A stretch of 32,000 nucleotides of DNA from Galbibacter orientalis DSM 19592. GTDB taxonomy: Bacteria; Bacteroidota; Bacteroidia; Flavobacteriales; Flavobacteriaceae. Shown one piece after another: positions 1 through 8,073 of this stretch; position 1 is the first letter of the stretch, and each line of letters begins with the position of its first letter. The position numbers were made by a program, and so were the translations under genes. Location: the NCBI RefSeq assembly GCF_000260115.1, contig NZ_JH651379.1, positions 3,032,240 to 3,064,239 of the forward strand, in the 5' to 3' direction. The notes under the pieces were generated by a model. It was not told the origin of the DNA and did no database searches. It saw nothing but the letters and a program-made list of their open reading frames with translations.

Positions 1-141
1 GGATTTATATTATTTTTTGAAATTGGCTCAATATCTAATTTTTAAGAATACGTTGTGTTAAGTTTAACAAAAGTGTTTTCTTGTGTTAAATTTATATGTA
101 TTTTTAATGATAAACAACCTAATTTAACTTAATATTCAATC

Positions 142-3100
142 ATGAAAAGACTATTATTAACCATGTCTTTGTTATTGTGTTGTACTATGGTATTCTCTCA
201 GACCATTACAGGTACAGTAACAGATTCGCAAGGAACTCCTTTGCCCGGAGTTTCCATTGTTGTTGATCAAACAGCAAAAGGAACATCAACAGATTTTGAT
301 GGTAATTACACAATTAATGCAACATCTAGTCAAGTATTAGTATTTACTTATGTAGGTATGAAAACGCTAAAAAAAAGCGTAGGCTCTGACAGTGTAATAG
401 ATGTTGTTTTAACTGAAGACGCTCAGAGTTTAGATGAAGTTGTGGTAACAGCTTTAGGTATTTCAAGAGATAAAAAATCTTTAGGATATGCTACTCAAGA
501 AGTAGATGGAGAAGATTTTAATTTAACTAATGAACAAAATGTTCTTGGATCACTATCAGGTCGTGTTGCAGGGGTTCAAGTAACAGGTGCTTCTGGAGCT
601 AGTATGGGGGGAACTCAAAAAATTAAAATCAGAGGAGTTAATTCTATTAGTGGAGGAGATCAACCACTTATAGTAATTGATGGAACCCCAATATCTAATG
701 CTAATTTTTCAGGGAGTGATCAAGCTGATTACGGAAATTTAGCGCAAGATATTAATCCTAATGACATAGCAGAAGTAAATGTTCTTAAAGGACCTGCAGC
801 ATCTGCATTATATGGAATACGTGGACAATTTGGTGTAATAATGATAACTACTAAAAAGGGTAAAAAAGGACCTCGAAAAGTAGATGTGCAGTTATCATCG
901 TCATTTTCTATGGAATCTGCGTATAATTTTATTCCGTTACAAAACATGTATGGAGGTGGATCTAGTCAGACATTTCGAACACTTCCAAACGGCGATCCAT
1001 ACGTAGATATGAGTGTTGATGAAAGTTGGGGACCAAAAATGGATGGAACTCCAGTGCGTCAGGTATTTAGTTTTTATCCTCAAGACCCTCAATATGGACA
1101 GCTAACACCTTTTGTTGCGCATCCAAATAATGTTGAAGATTATTATAAAACAGGAACAACATTTAATAATAGTATTACAATAACAGGGGGAAATGAAAAT
1201 ACTTCTATTCGTTTAAGCGCTAATGATACTAGAGTGGAAGGGGTGGTTCCTAATACTTCTTTAAACAGAAATAATGTTGGCTTGAGCGCAAGTTTAAACC
1301 TTACCGATAACTTGGTGGTTTCTAGTAATATTAATTATGCAGGAAATGAAGGGCAGCGTCCATCTCAAGGATCTGAATATGGAGGTGCATACATGGTTCA
1401 ATGGTTTCAAAGAAATTTAGATATGAACCGTTTAAGAGATTATAAATATAACGACGGAACCTTTCTTCATTGGAACTTAGGAAGACCAGATTCAAGTACT
1501 GGTGAAATATCAGATTTTGAACCGTTGTATTGGAACAATCCATATTTTGAAGCTTATGAAAATTTAAGTAATGATAGTCGAGATAGATTTTTTGGAGATA
1601 TAGGGATGTCTTATAAAATTATTCCTGAGCTAGAAGTTAGCGGATTCATACGTACGGATATGTATACACAAAATATAGAACAGCGTCAAGCTTTTGGAGG
1701 GACACGTTTACCTTCTTATTCGGTTGGGAAGTATCAAAACAAAGAATTTAACTACGAACTTTTAGCACAATATAAAAATACATGGGATAAATTTTCTTTA
1801 GATGCTACTGTAGGAGGAAATATTTATGATAGAGACTATAGTTATTTAAGTCAAAGTACAGTAGGAGGTTTATCTTCTCCTGGGTTTTATAATATTGCTG
1901 CTTCAATAGATCGTCCCGATACTAAATCTTACAAACTAAGAAAGAAGATTAGAAGTTTTTATAGTTTAGTTTCTTTAGGTTATGACGGAACATATTTTAT
2001 AGATGCTTCTATAAGAAATGACAACTCTTCTGCATTGCCAAAGGATAACAACTCTTATTGGTACCCTTCTGTTTCTGGAAGTGTTGTGTTTAGTGAGCTT
2101 ATAGATTGGACTCCTCTGTCATTTGGTAAAATTAGAGCTAGTTATGCACAAGCTGGTTCAGATTTAAGCCCGTATCAAACAAGTTTAAATTATGGAGTAG
2201 GAACTGTTTATAACGGAACTAATACTTTATATGTTCCAGATGAACTTAATAATCCAAATATAGAACCTTCTTTTTCTAATTCATTTGAAGCTGGTTTAGA
2301 GTTAAACTTTTTCAGTAATCGTTTAGGGTTTGATTTTACATATTATCAGCAAAAAAATAAAAACCAAATACTTAATCTAGATGTATCAGGAACAAGTGGT
2401 TATAGCTCAAGTATAATTAATGCAGGTTTAATTGAGAATGATGGATTTGAATTGTCTATTAATGCAACACCAATTCGCTCAGAGGATTTTTCATGGGACT
2501 TTACTTTTAATATTAATAAGAACAATAGTGAAGTTGTTGAGTTGGCTCCTGGAATAGATGTTTATACTTATGATTCTACAACTTATTCAAGTGTGTCTAG
2601 CTATTTGAATTCATATGAAGGTGAACCTTTCGGAAGTTTAGTAGGGCAAGCCTATGAAAGAGACGAGGCTACAGGAGAAATTCTTTTAGATGATAATAAC
2701 ATGCCATTGTATACAGACGCTACTCACAATTTTGGAACTGTTCTACCAGATTTCAATGGAGGTTTTCAGAATACCTTTAGAATAGGTCAATTTACAGTAA
2801 CAGGAATGATTGATTTCCAAGGTGGAGGTCAGTTTTTTAGTAGATCAAAAATGTTAGCAGTACGTACAGGTCAAGATGCACTTACCGTAGCCACCAATGA
2901 TAATGGGATGAATGTTAGAGATCCTCTAGATCAAGGCGGAGGAGTTAAAGTAACAGGAATTTCTGCCAGCACTGGAGAGGATGTTACAGCGTATGTAGAT
3001 GCTAGATCGTATTATAGAAATACATTAGGTAGAAGAATTTATGAAGAATGGTTGTACGACGCTTCTTATGTGAAATTGAGAGAGCTTAGAGTTCAATATA

Positions 3101-3309
3101 ATTTAGGGAAGAATATTATGGACAAACTTCCTTTTGAAACAATGAGTTTTGCTTTGATAGCTAGAAATCCTATCATGATTTGGCAAGAAGCTCCTAAAGG
3201 AATTAATCCTTCAGAAATATCAACAGGAGCACAGTCTATCAGTTGGTACGAATCAGGACAATTACCTTCTGTTAGATCTTATGGTATAAATTTAAATGTT
3301 ACATTTTAA
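142..3309 (+). CDS. SusC/RagA-family TonB-dependent outer-membrane receptor
   Basis: 1055-aa ORF with an N-terminal signal peptide, then a carboxypeptidase-regulatory-like domain (TGTVTDSQGTPLPGVSIVV) and a plug region (DEVVVTALG). A long beta-barrel ends in an aromatic residue (NLNVTF). A SusD-like lipoprotein gene follows 10 nt downstream. Confidence 0.9.
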   Translation: MKRLLLTMSLLLCCTMVFSQTITGTVTDSQGTPLPGVSIVVDQTAKGTSTDFDGNYTINATSSQVLVFTYVGMKTLKKSVGSDSVIDVVLTEDAQSLDEVVVTALGISRDKKSLGYATQEVDGEDFNLTNEQNVLGSLSGRVAGVQVTGASGASMGGTQKIKIRGVNSISGGDQPLIVIDGTPISNANFSGSDQADYGNLAQDINPNDIAEVNVLKGPAASALYGIRGQFGVIMITTKKGKKGPRKVDVQLSSSFSMESAYNFIPLQNMYGGGSSQTFRTLPNGDPYVDMSVDESWGPKMDGTPVRQVFSFYPQDPQYGQLTPFVAHPNNVEDYYKTGTTFNNSITITGGNENTSIRLSANDTRVEGVVPNTSLNRNNVGLSASLNLTDNLVVSSNINYAGNEGQRPSQGSEYGGAYMVQWFQRNLDMNRLRDYKYNDGTFLHWNLGRPDSSTGEISDFEPLYWNNPYFEAYENLSNDSRDRFFGDIGMSYKIIPELEVSGFIRTDMYTQNIEQRQAFGGTRLPSYSVGKYQNKEFNYELLAQYKNTWDKFSLDATVGGNIYDRDYSYLSQSTVGGLSSPGFYNIAASIDRPDTKSYKLRKKIRSFYSLVSLGYDGTYFIDASIRNDNSSALPKDNNSYWYPSVSGSVVFSELIDWTPLSFGKIRASYAQAGSDLSPYQTSLNYGVGTVYNGTNTLYVPDELNNPNIEPSFSNSFEAGLELNFFSNRLGFDFTYYQQKNKNQILNLDVSGTSGYSSSIINAGLIENDGFELSINATPIRSEDFSWDFTFNINKNNSEVVELAPGIDVYTYDSTTYSSVSSYLNSYEGEPFGSLVGQAYERDEATGEILLDDNNMPLYTDATHNFGTVLPDFNGGFQNTFRIGQFTVTGMIDFQGGGQFFSRSKMLAVRTGQDALTVATNDNGMNVRDPLDQGGGVKVTGISASTGEDVTAYVDARSYYRNTLGRRIYEEWLYDASYVKLRELRVQYNLGKNIMDKLPFETMSFALIARNPIMIWQEAPKGINPSEISTGAQSISWYESGQLPSVRSYGINLNVTF

Positions 3310-3319
3310 TTAAAGGAAG

Positions 3320-4708
3320 ATGAAAAACATATATATAAATACATTACTTATAGCTTTATTTATAACGAGTTGTAGTAATTTTGATGAGGATATTAATACA
3401 AATCCGAATGTTCCTAGTCAGGCTTCTGGTATGCAATTAATAGCACAAGCAGAGTTGTCGTTACCAGGTTTGAGTTCTTCCCCTCAAGGAGAGTTTATGT
3501 CACAATATTTAGCAGAAACTCAATATGTAGGGACATCTCTTTATCCACAGCAAAGTACAAGTTTCTATGGATGGTATCAAGGACCATTAGCCGATTTACA
3601 GGCCGTAATTACATCTGATAACTTAACAGGTACTGAAGGTCCTATAGAAAATCAAATAGCAGTAGCTAAAATATTAAAGGCTTATTATTTTTGGAATTTA
3701 ACAGACAGATGGGGAGATATTCCATACAGTGAAGCTTTGAAAGGACAAGAAGATTTTACTCCTATTTATGATTCTCAAGAATCTATATACAAAGATTTAT
3801 TTGCTGAATTGAAAGAAGCTTCAAATATGATTGTTACTGGTAATTTAAGTAATGATATTATTTATGATGGAGATATTAGTAAATGGAAGAAGTTTTCTAA
3901 TACTGTTAGAATGTTAATGGCGCTTCGTTTATCCGAAGTAGATCCTGCAACTGCACAAGCAGAGTTTGTAAGCGCTATTGATGATGGGGTTTTTACCTCT
4001 AATGATGATAATTTGTTTTTTCAGCATTTAGCTGATGCAAATAATCAGAATTACTGGTATGGGCAAATAGTAAATCAAAATAGAGAATGGTGGGCTCTTA
4101 CTGAAGGATTAGTAGATCAAATGAAGCCTGTAAACGACCCACGATTACCAATTTATGGAAATCCAGCTAGAGATAGTGGGGAGTATGTAGGAATGCTTTA
4201 TGGGGATGAAGTAAATTTAGGGACTCAAGAATATTCTTTACTGGGAGATGCAATTTATGCGCAAGATGCACCCGTATATTTAGTAACATATGCTCAGGTT
4301 CTTTTTGCAATGGCAGAAGCTTCTCAACGTGGTTGGATTGCAGGTGATACAGCATCTTTTTATGAAAGTGCTATTGAAAGTTCAATTTTACAGTGGACAG
4401 GTAATACAGATACAGTAGCAGATTTTATGATGGAGCCTGGGATTGCCTTTAATGATGCTATAGGCATTGAGCAGATAGCAACTCAACGTTGGGTACATTT
4501 ATTTATGTTTGGATATGAGGCATGGGCAGAGTGGAGAAGAACAGGTTTTCCAAATATGATGGTTTCTCCTAATGGAGCAGCTGTACCAGCTCGTTTAAGT
4601 TATCCAGATAATGAAGCTTTTAATAATGAAGTTAATTATAACGAAGCTTTAGATAGACAGTTTGGAGGTGAAGATTCTATTTACGGCCAATTATGGTGGG
4701 ATGAATAG
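3320..4708 (+). CDS. SusD/RagB-family nutrient-binding outer-membrane lipoprotein
   Basis: 462-aa ORF with a lipoprotein signal and lipobox Cys (LFITSC). It has the size, Trp/Tyr-rich helical composition and position directly after SusC that are typical of SusD-like proteins. Confidence 0.85.
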   Translation: MKNIYINTLLIALFITSCSNFDEDINTNPNVPSQASGMQLIAQAELSLPGLSSSPQGEFMSQYLAETQYVGTSLYPQQSTSFYGWYQGPLADLQAVITSDNLTGTEGPIENQIAVAKILKAYYFWNLTDRWGDIPYSEALKGQEDFTPIYDSQESIYKDLFAELKEASNMIVTGNLSNDIIYDGDISKWKKFSNTVRMLMALRLSEVDPATAQAEFVSAIDDGVFTSNDDNLFFQHLADANNQNYWYGQIVNQNREWWALTEGLVDQMKPVNDPRLPIYGNPARDSGEYVGMLYGDEVNLGTQEYSLLGDAIYAQDAPVYLVTYAQVLFAMAEASQRGWIAGDTASFYESAIESSILQWTGNTDTVADFMMEPGIAFNDAIGIEQIATQRWVHLFMFGYEAWAEWRRTGFPNMMVSPNGAAVPARLSYPDNEAFNNEVNYNEALDRQFGGEDSIYGQLWWDE

Positions 4709-4732
4709 CGTTTTAATTCAATAAAATTAAAC

Positions 4733-4764
4733 AGAGCCACTCTTTTTAGGGTGGTTCTTTTATT
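4733..4764 (+). terminator. Rho-independent terminator after the SusD-like gene
   Basis: An 8-bp stem (agagccac / gtggttct, one G-U pair) with a 10-nt loop, followed by the T-rich run tttatttat. Before the MITE insertion it also abutted the stop of the convergent minus-strand gene. Confidence 0.55.
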
Positions 4765-4773
4765 TATATGAAT

Positions 4774-5117
4774 TATTGTTGTCCGAGAAAAAATACAAGA
4801 CCGCTTCGCTATAAGAAAAAAGAGCAAAGACTAAATATTAACTATCATAAAATGATTAGTTTAAAGAAATAACATTACTAAAATCTTCTTTTTATTCATT
4901 TTTATTAATAGCAAGGGGTCTATTTTTAAAACTCCAATCAGCTACCTCGGGGTAAGCCCGCTAGGTATTCAAAGGAAACAAATTTAACTCATTTCGACGC
5001 AGAGCCCTTCGGCAAACTCAGTACAGGCTCTGGGGAATTAGACCCTCTATGAGGGATTTAAACCTTGATATAAGTGGAGTCCAATAAATTTCCGTTAACT
5101 TTTATCGGACAACAATA
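4774..5117 (+). mobile_element. MITE-like non-autonomous element, copy A (344 bp)
   Basis: Perfect 13-bp terminal inverted repeats: tattgttgtccga at 4774-4786 and tcggacaacaata at 5105-5117, extendable to about 18 bp with one mismatch. A perfect 9-bp direct repeat TATATGAAT flanks it at 4765-4773 and 5118-5126. There is no ORF inside. A second full copy at 28320-28653 lies in inverted orientation. Confidence 0.85.
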
Positions 5118-6150
5118 TATATGAATCAATAATTTTAACTAAAACATCTAAATCTTTCTTGGTATGATGTGCACTCACTACAATTCTACTCATTAGTGGG
5201 GAATTCTTTTCTGGATAGTTAAAACTGGTTACTAAAATGTTGTTTTTAAATAGATATTCGGTAAGCTTTTCATCCATAAAGGTGAAAGTAGGGTGATTTC
5301 CTGCTTTGGTGAAGAGCGAATAATTTGATAGTTTCTTACTTAGGTAATTATTATTTTCAAAGAGTTTTTTTCTCTGAATGGTATAAATAGCTTCAGCTTC
5401 TAAAAGAGTAGCAAGAGATGCAGGACTGGCAGGAGAAGCACCACCAAAAAAGGACGTATTTGTAAGAGCTTTAATTCTTTTGGAGGAACCAAATATAACT
5501 CCAGCTTGAATAGCAAACCCTTTTCCTAACGAACCACATACAATAAGTTCTTTTGCATTTAATTGCTTAAGTATTTTAAAAATACCTTCTCCTTGCGCAC
5601 CTAAAACACCTAATCCATGGGAATCGTCAACTACTAAAATAGTTGTGGATAAATCCATTTTTTTTAACGAATTAAAGTCTGGATAATTATTTCCAATAAA
5701 ATCAATGGAATCTAAAAGTACTATTGGAATTGTGTTTTTAGGATTTTTATTTAAATCTTCTTGTAGCTGCTCATAGCTTTCATAGAACTGTTGTTCAGCT
5801 TGAAATAAAGATGCGTGGGTAAGAGGAGTATGGTAGCATGTATATTCTTCCGAAGTAAAAAAACGACTTACTAACTGAGAAGCCATATATCCAGAGGAAA
5901 GCGTTACACAACTTTCACTGCCAACCAGCTTTGAAAGATACTGCTCCACTTTTTCATAAATGGAAAAGCGTATATTGGACTTTCTAGACGCCCCGTAATT
6001 AGTTCCATATTTTTTTATATTATCAATAAAAAGCTCTTGAAACTCAAGCTGGGTTTGTAAGCCTAGGTATGCTGTTCCGCCAAAGTAAAGAAATTCTCCT
6101 TTGTCGGTTTTAATTATTCTTCCAGGAAATTCTTCAACAAAATGTGTCAT
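5095..6150 (-). CDS. PLP-dependent alpha-oxoamine synthase family enzyme (BioF/Kbl-like acyltransferase)
   Basis: 351-aa ORF with the family motifs FGGTAYLGL, DDSHGLGVLG and the PLP-lysine context GSLGKGFA. Its last 7 codons and stop codon are supplied by the MITE terminal repeat. Confidence 0.75.
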   Translation of the reverse strand: MTHFVEEFPGRIIKTDKGEFLYFGGTAYLGLQTQLEFQELFIDNIKKYGTNYGASRKSNIRFSIYEKVEQYLSKLVGSESCVTLSSGYMASQLVSRFFTSEEYTCYHTPLTHASLFQAEQQFYESYEQLQEDLNKNPKNTIPIVLLDSIDFIGNNYPDFNSLKKMDLSTTILVVDDSHGLGVLGAQGEGIFKILKQLNAKELIVCGSLGKGFAIQAGVIFGSSKRIKALTNTSFFGGASPASPASLATLLEAEAIYTIQRKKLFENNNYLSKKLSNYSLFTKAGNHPTFTFMDEKLTEYLFKNNILVTSFNYPEKNSPLMSRIVVSAHHTKKDLDVLVKIIDSYILLSDKS

Positions 6151-6151
6151 T

Positions 6152-7162
6152 TTAAAGAAGTGTTACTCCAGAGCCGCCAAGAGTTGGGAAAACAAGTTTT
6201 CCATCCTCTAAAATCTCAATACCCTTGGCAATATCATGTTTTAGCAGCATGGCTCCATCCATGTCTACATAGTCCAATTGGGGGGTAAGTTGAGCAATAG
6301 CAGAAATTCCAACCGAAGATTCTGTCATACAGCCAACCATTACTTTTAAGTTGAGTTCTCTTGCTCTTTTTATCATTCGCAATGCTGGGGTTAGTCCCCC
6401 ACACTTGGTTAATTTAATATTGATTCCAGTAAAATGGCCAGCACATTTATCAACATCTTCTTCTACAATACAGCTTTCATCAGCTATAATCGGCAATACA
6501 CAAGTATCTACTATTTCTTTGTATCCAGCTAGATTATCTGCTGGGAGTGGTTGCTCTAAAAATTCAACTCCAAGTTCTTTGAGTTGTGGGGCAAACTCCA
6601 AGGTTTGTTCTGGAGTCCAAGCATTATTAGCATCTATTCTAAAGATAGCGTCTGTATTTTTTCGGAGCTGTTTAACAATCTCAATATCGTTATCTGTTCC
6701 TAATTTTACTTTATAAAGAGGCCATGGTTTTTCTATCATTTTTGCCACCATTTTGTCTACGGTGTCAATACCAATAGTATAATTAGTAATAGGGTAATTC
6801 TCTGGGGTAGTGCCCCAAATTTTATAAAGTGGCTTTCCAAGAAGTTTTCCATATAGGTCATGACACGCTAAATCAAGCGCACAGATAGCAAAATTGCTAA
6901 GCCCTTTTTCTTTTAAAAATGCATGGAAATCTTCTGGTTTTTCAAGATTGTAATTATTTATTTCAGTTTCAATAGCCTTAATTTCCTTCATCATAGAATC
7001 TACCGTAATTTTATAATATGGATTGGCTGTTGCTTCTCCATAACCAGTTTTTCCGTTGAGAGATAAACCAACTACTAAACTGTCTTGAAAATCGTGAGAC
7101 TCCCTAGAAATACTAAAGGTATGCTCTAGTTCTAAAACATATTTTTTTAAAGAAATTTCCAT
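6152..7162 (-). CDS. Dipeptide epimerase (L-Ala-D/L-Glu epimerase type, enolase superfamily)
   Basis: 336-aa ORF with the KxK base motif (YKVKLG), the metal ligands RIDAN / LEQP / IADES and the second catalytic Lys (IKLTKCGG). Its stop is 1 nt from the start of the downstream gene. Confidence 0.85.
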   Translation of the reverse strand: MEISLKKYVLELEHTFSISRESHDFQDSLVVGLSLNGKTGYGEATANPYYKITVDSMMKEIKAIETEINNYNLEKPEDFHAFLKEKGLSNFAICALDLACHDLYGKLLGKPLYKIWGTTPENYPITNYTIGIDTVDKMVAKMIEKPWPLYKVKLGTDNDIEIVKQLRKNTDAIFRIDANNAWTPEQTLEFAPQLKELGVEFLEQPLPADNLAGYKEIVDTCVLPIIADESCIVEEDVDKCAGHFTGINIKLTKCGGLTPALRMIKRARELNLKVMVGCMTESSVGISAIAQLTPQLDYVDMDGAMLLKHDIAKGIEILEDGKLVFPTLGGSGVTLL

Positions 7163-7240
7163 CTGAAATAATTTTTTACGAAGATATAAAATGCTTTACG
7201 AATCCTTCTTTTTGCAATCTAAAATTGAAGTTAAAAATAA

Positions 7241-7269
7241 AGTCAGCTGTAAAAAATTACAACTGACTT
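7241..7269 (-). terminator. Rho-independent terminator downstream of the DUF2807 gene
   Basis: A 10-bp stem with one mismatch (agtcagctgt / acaactgact). On the minus strand the hairpin is followed by tatttttaa. Confidence 0.55.
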
Positions 7270-7326
7270 CTAGTTATTAGGTTGGCTTTAAATGATTTAA
7301 TTCTTTAGTTGTGTTTAAAATTATTT

Positions 7327-8028
7327 TTAATCAATTTTTACTTTTTCCACTCTTTTAGGATTCCCTTTGTAACCAACATCACCACCAGAACTTTTGTGGA
7401 TAGCAATTTCTTCAGAAGCATTTACATCTATATCGGCACCGCTACTTGCATGCGCTTCAACCGTATGTGCTTTTAATCTTTCAGCTTTAATATCACTACC
7501 ACTACTGGCACGCGCTATTAAAATATTGGTTACTCCGTATAGTTCAATATCGGCACCACTACTAGCGTTTGTGGTAACTTCATCGGCTTGTAGTTCAACA
7601 ATAAGATCGCTCCCACTGCTAGCTTCCAAGGTAATATTATTGGCATTTAGGGTTCCCATACTATTTAAGTTAGCGCCACTGGTAGTTTCTAAATTACTAA
7701 TATTTGGGAGGGTAACATATACTTTTTTAGCGGAAACTCTTCCTATTTGCTCTCTGCATTCAATAAGTAATTTACCATTGTTAACTTTGGTTTCAATAAG
7801 GTCGATTACATTTTCATCTGCTTCTACTTTTATGGAAGTTTTTGCTCCTTGGGCTACAAAAACATCAATTCCTTCTGTAGCTTTAATTGTTTCAAAAGTT
7901 TGGTTAACCTCTCGGTCCTGACTTATCACATTCCCATTTCCAGTAACTCCGTTTTGGAAATTGAAGTTACAGGAAGTAAAAAAAATGGAGATTACTAGGG
8001 CAACAATTACTTTAATTAATGTGTTCAT
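7327..8028 (-). CDS. DUF2807 / head-GIN (Toastrack-type) domain lipoprotein
   Basis: 233-aa ORF with a lipoprotein signal (FFTSC) and repeated beta-strand units SSGSDI / SSGADI / TSGANL. It is the last gene of the PadR-PspC cluster. Confidence 0.8.
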   Translation of the reverse strand: MNTLIKVIVALVISIFFTSCNFNFQNGVTGNGNVISQDREVNQTFETIKATEGIDVFVAQGAKTSIKVEADENVIDLIETKVNNGKLLIECREQIGRVSAKKVYVTLPNISNLETTSGANLNSMGTLNANNITLEASSGSDLIVELQADEVTTNASSGADIELYGVTNILIARASSGSDIKAERLKAHTVEAHASSGADIDVNASEEIAIHKSSGGDVGYKGNPKRVEKVKID

Positions 8029-8067
8029 AATATTCGTTTTTTATTGATTGATTGGCCACATTGCGGC
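8029..8067 (-). promoter_or_regulatory. Leader motif CAATCAATCAAT-A6-CGAA plus imperfect palindrome GCCAC-ATT-GCGGC upstream of the DUF2807 gene
   Basis: The minus strand reads gccgcaatgtggCCAATCAATCAATAAAAAACGAATATT-ATG. The same leader architecture occurs upstream of padR and of the DUF4870 gene. Confidence 0.3.
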
Positions 8068-8073
8068 ATTTAT

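Noticed and set aside
142-7162. A complete polysaccharide utilization locus around the SusC/SusD pair
   Set aside because: No glycoside hydrolase, polysaccharide lyase, sensor/regulator or anti-sigma (STN) domain is adjacent. The downstream genes are convergent and separated by a terminator, so only the SusCD pair is called. Linking it to the dipeptide epimerase (peptide uptake) would be guesswork.
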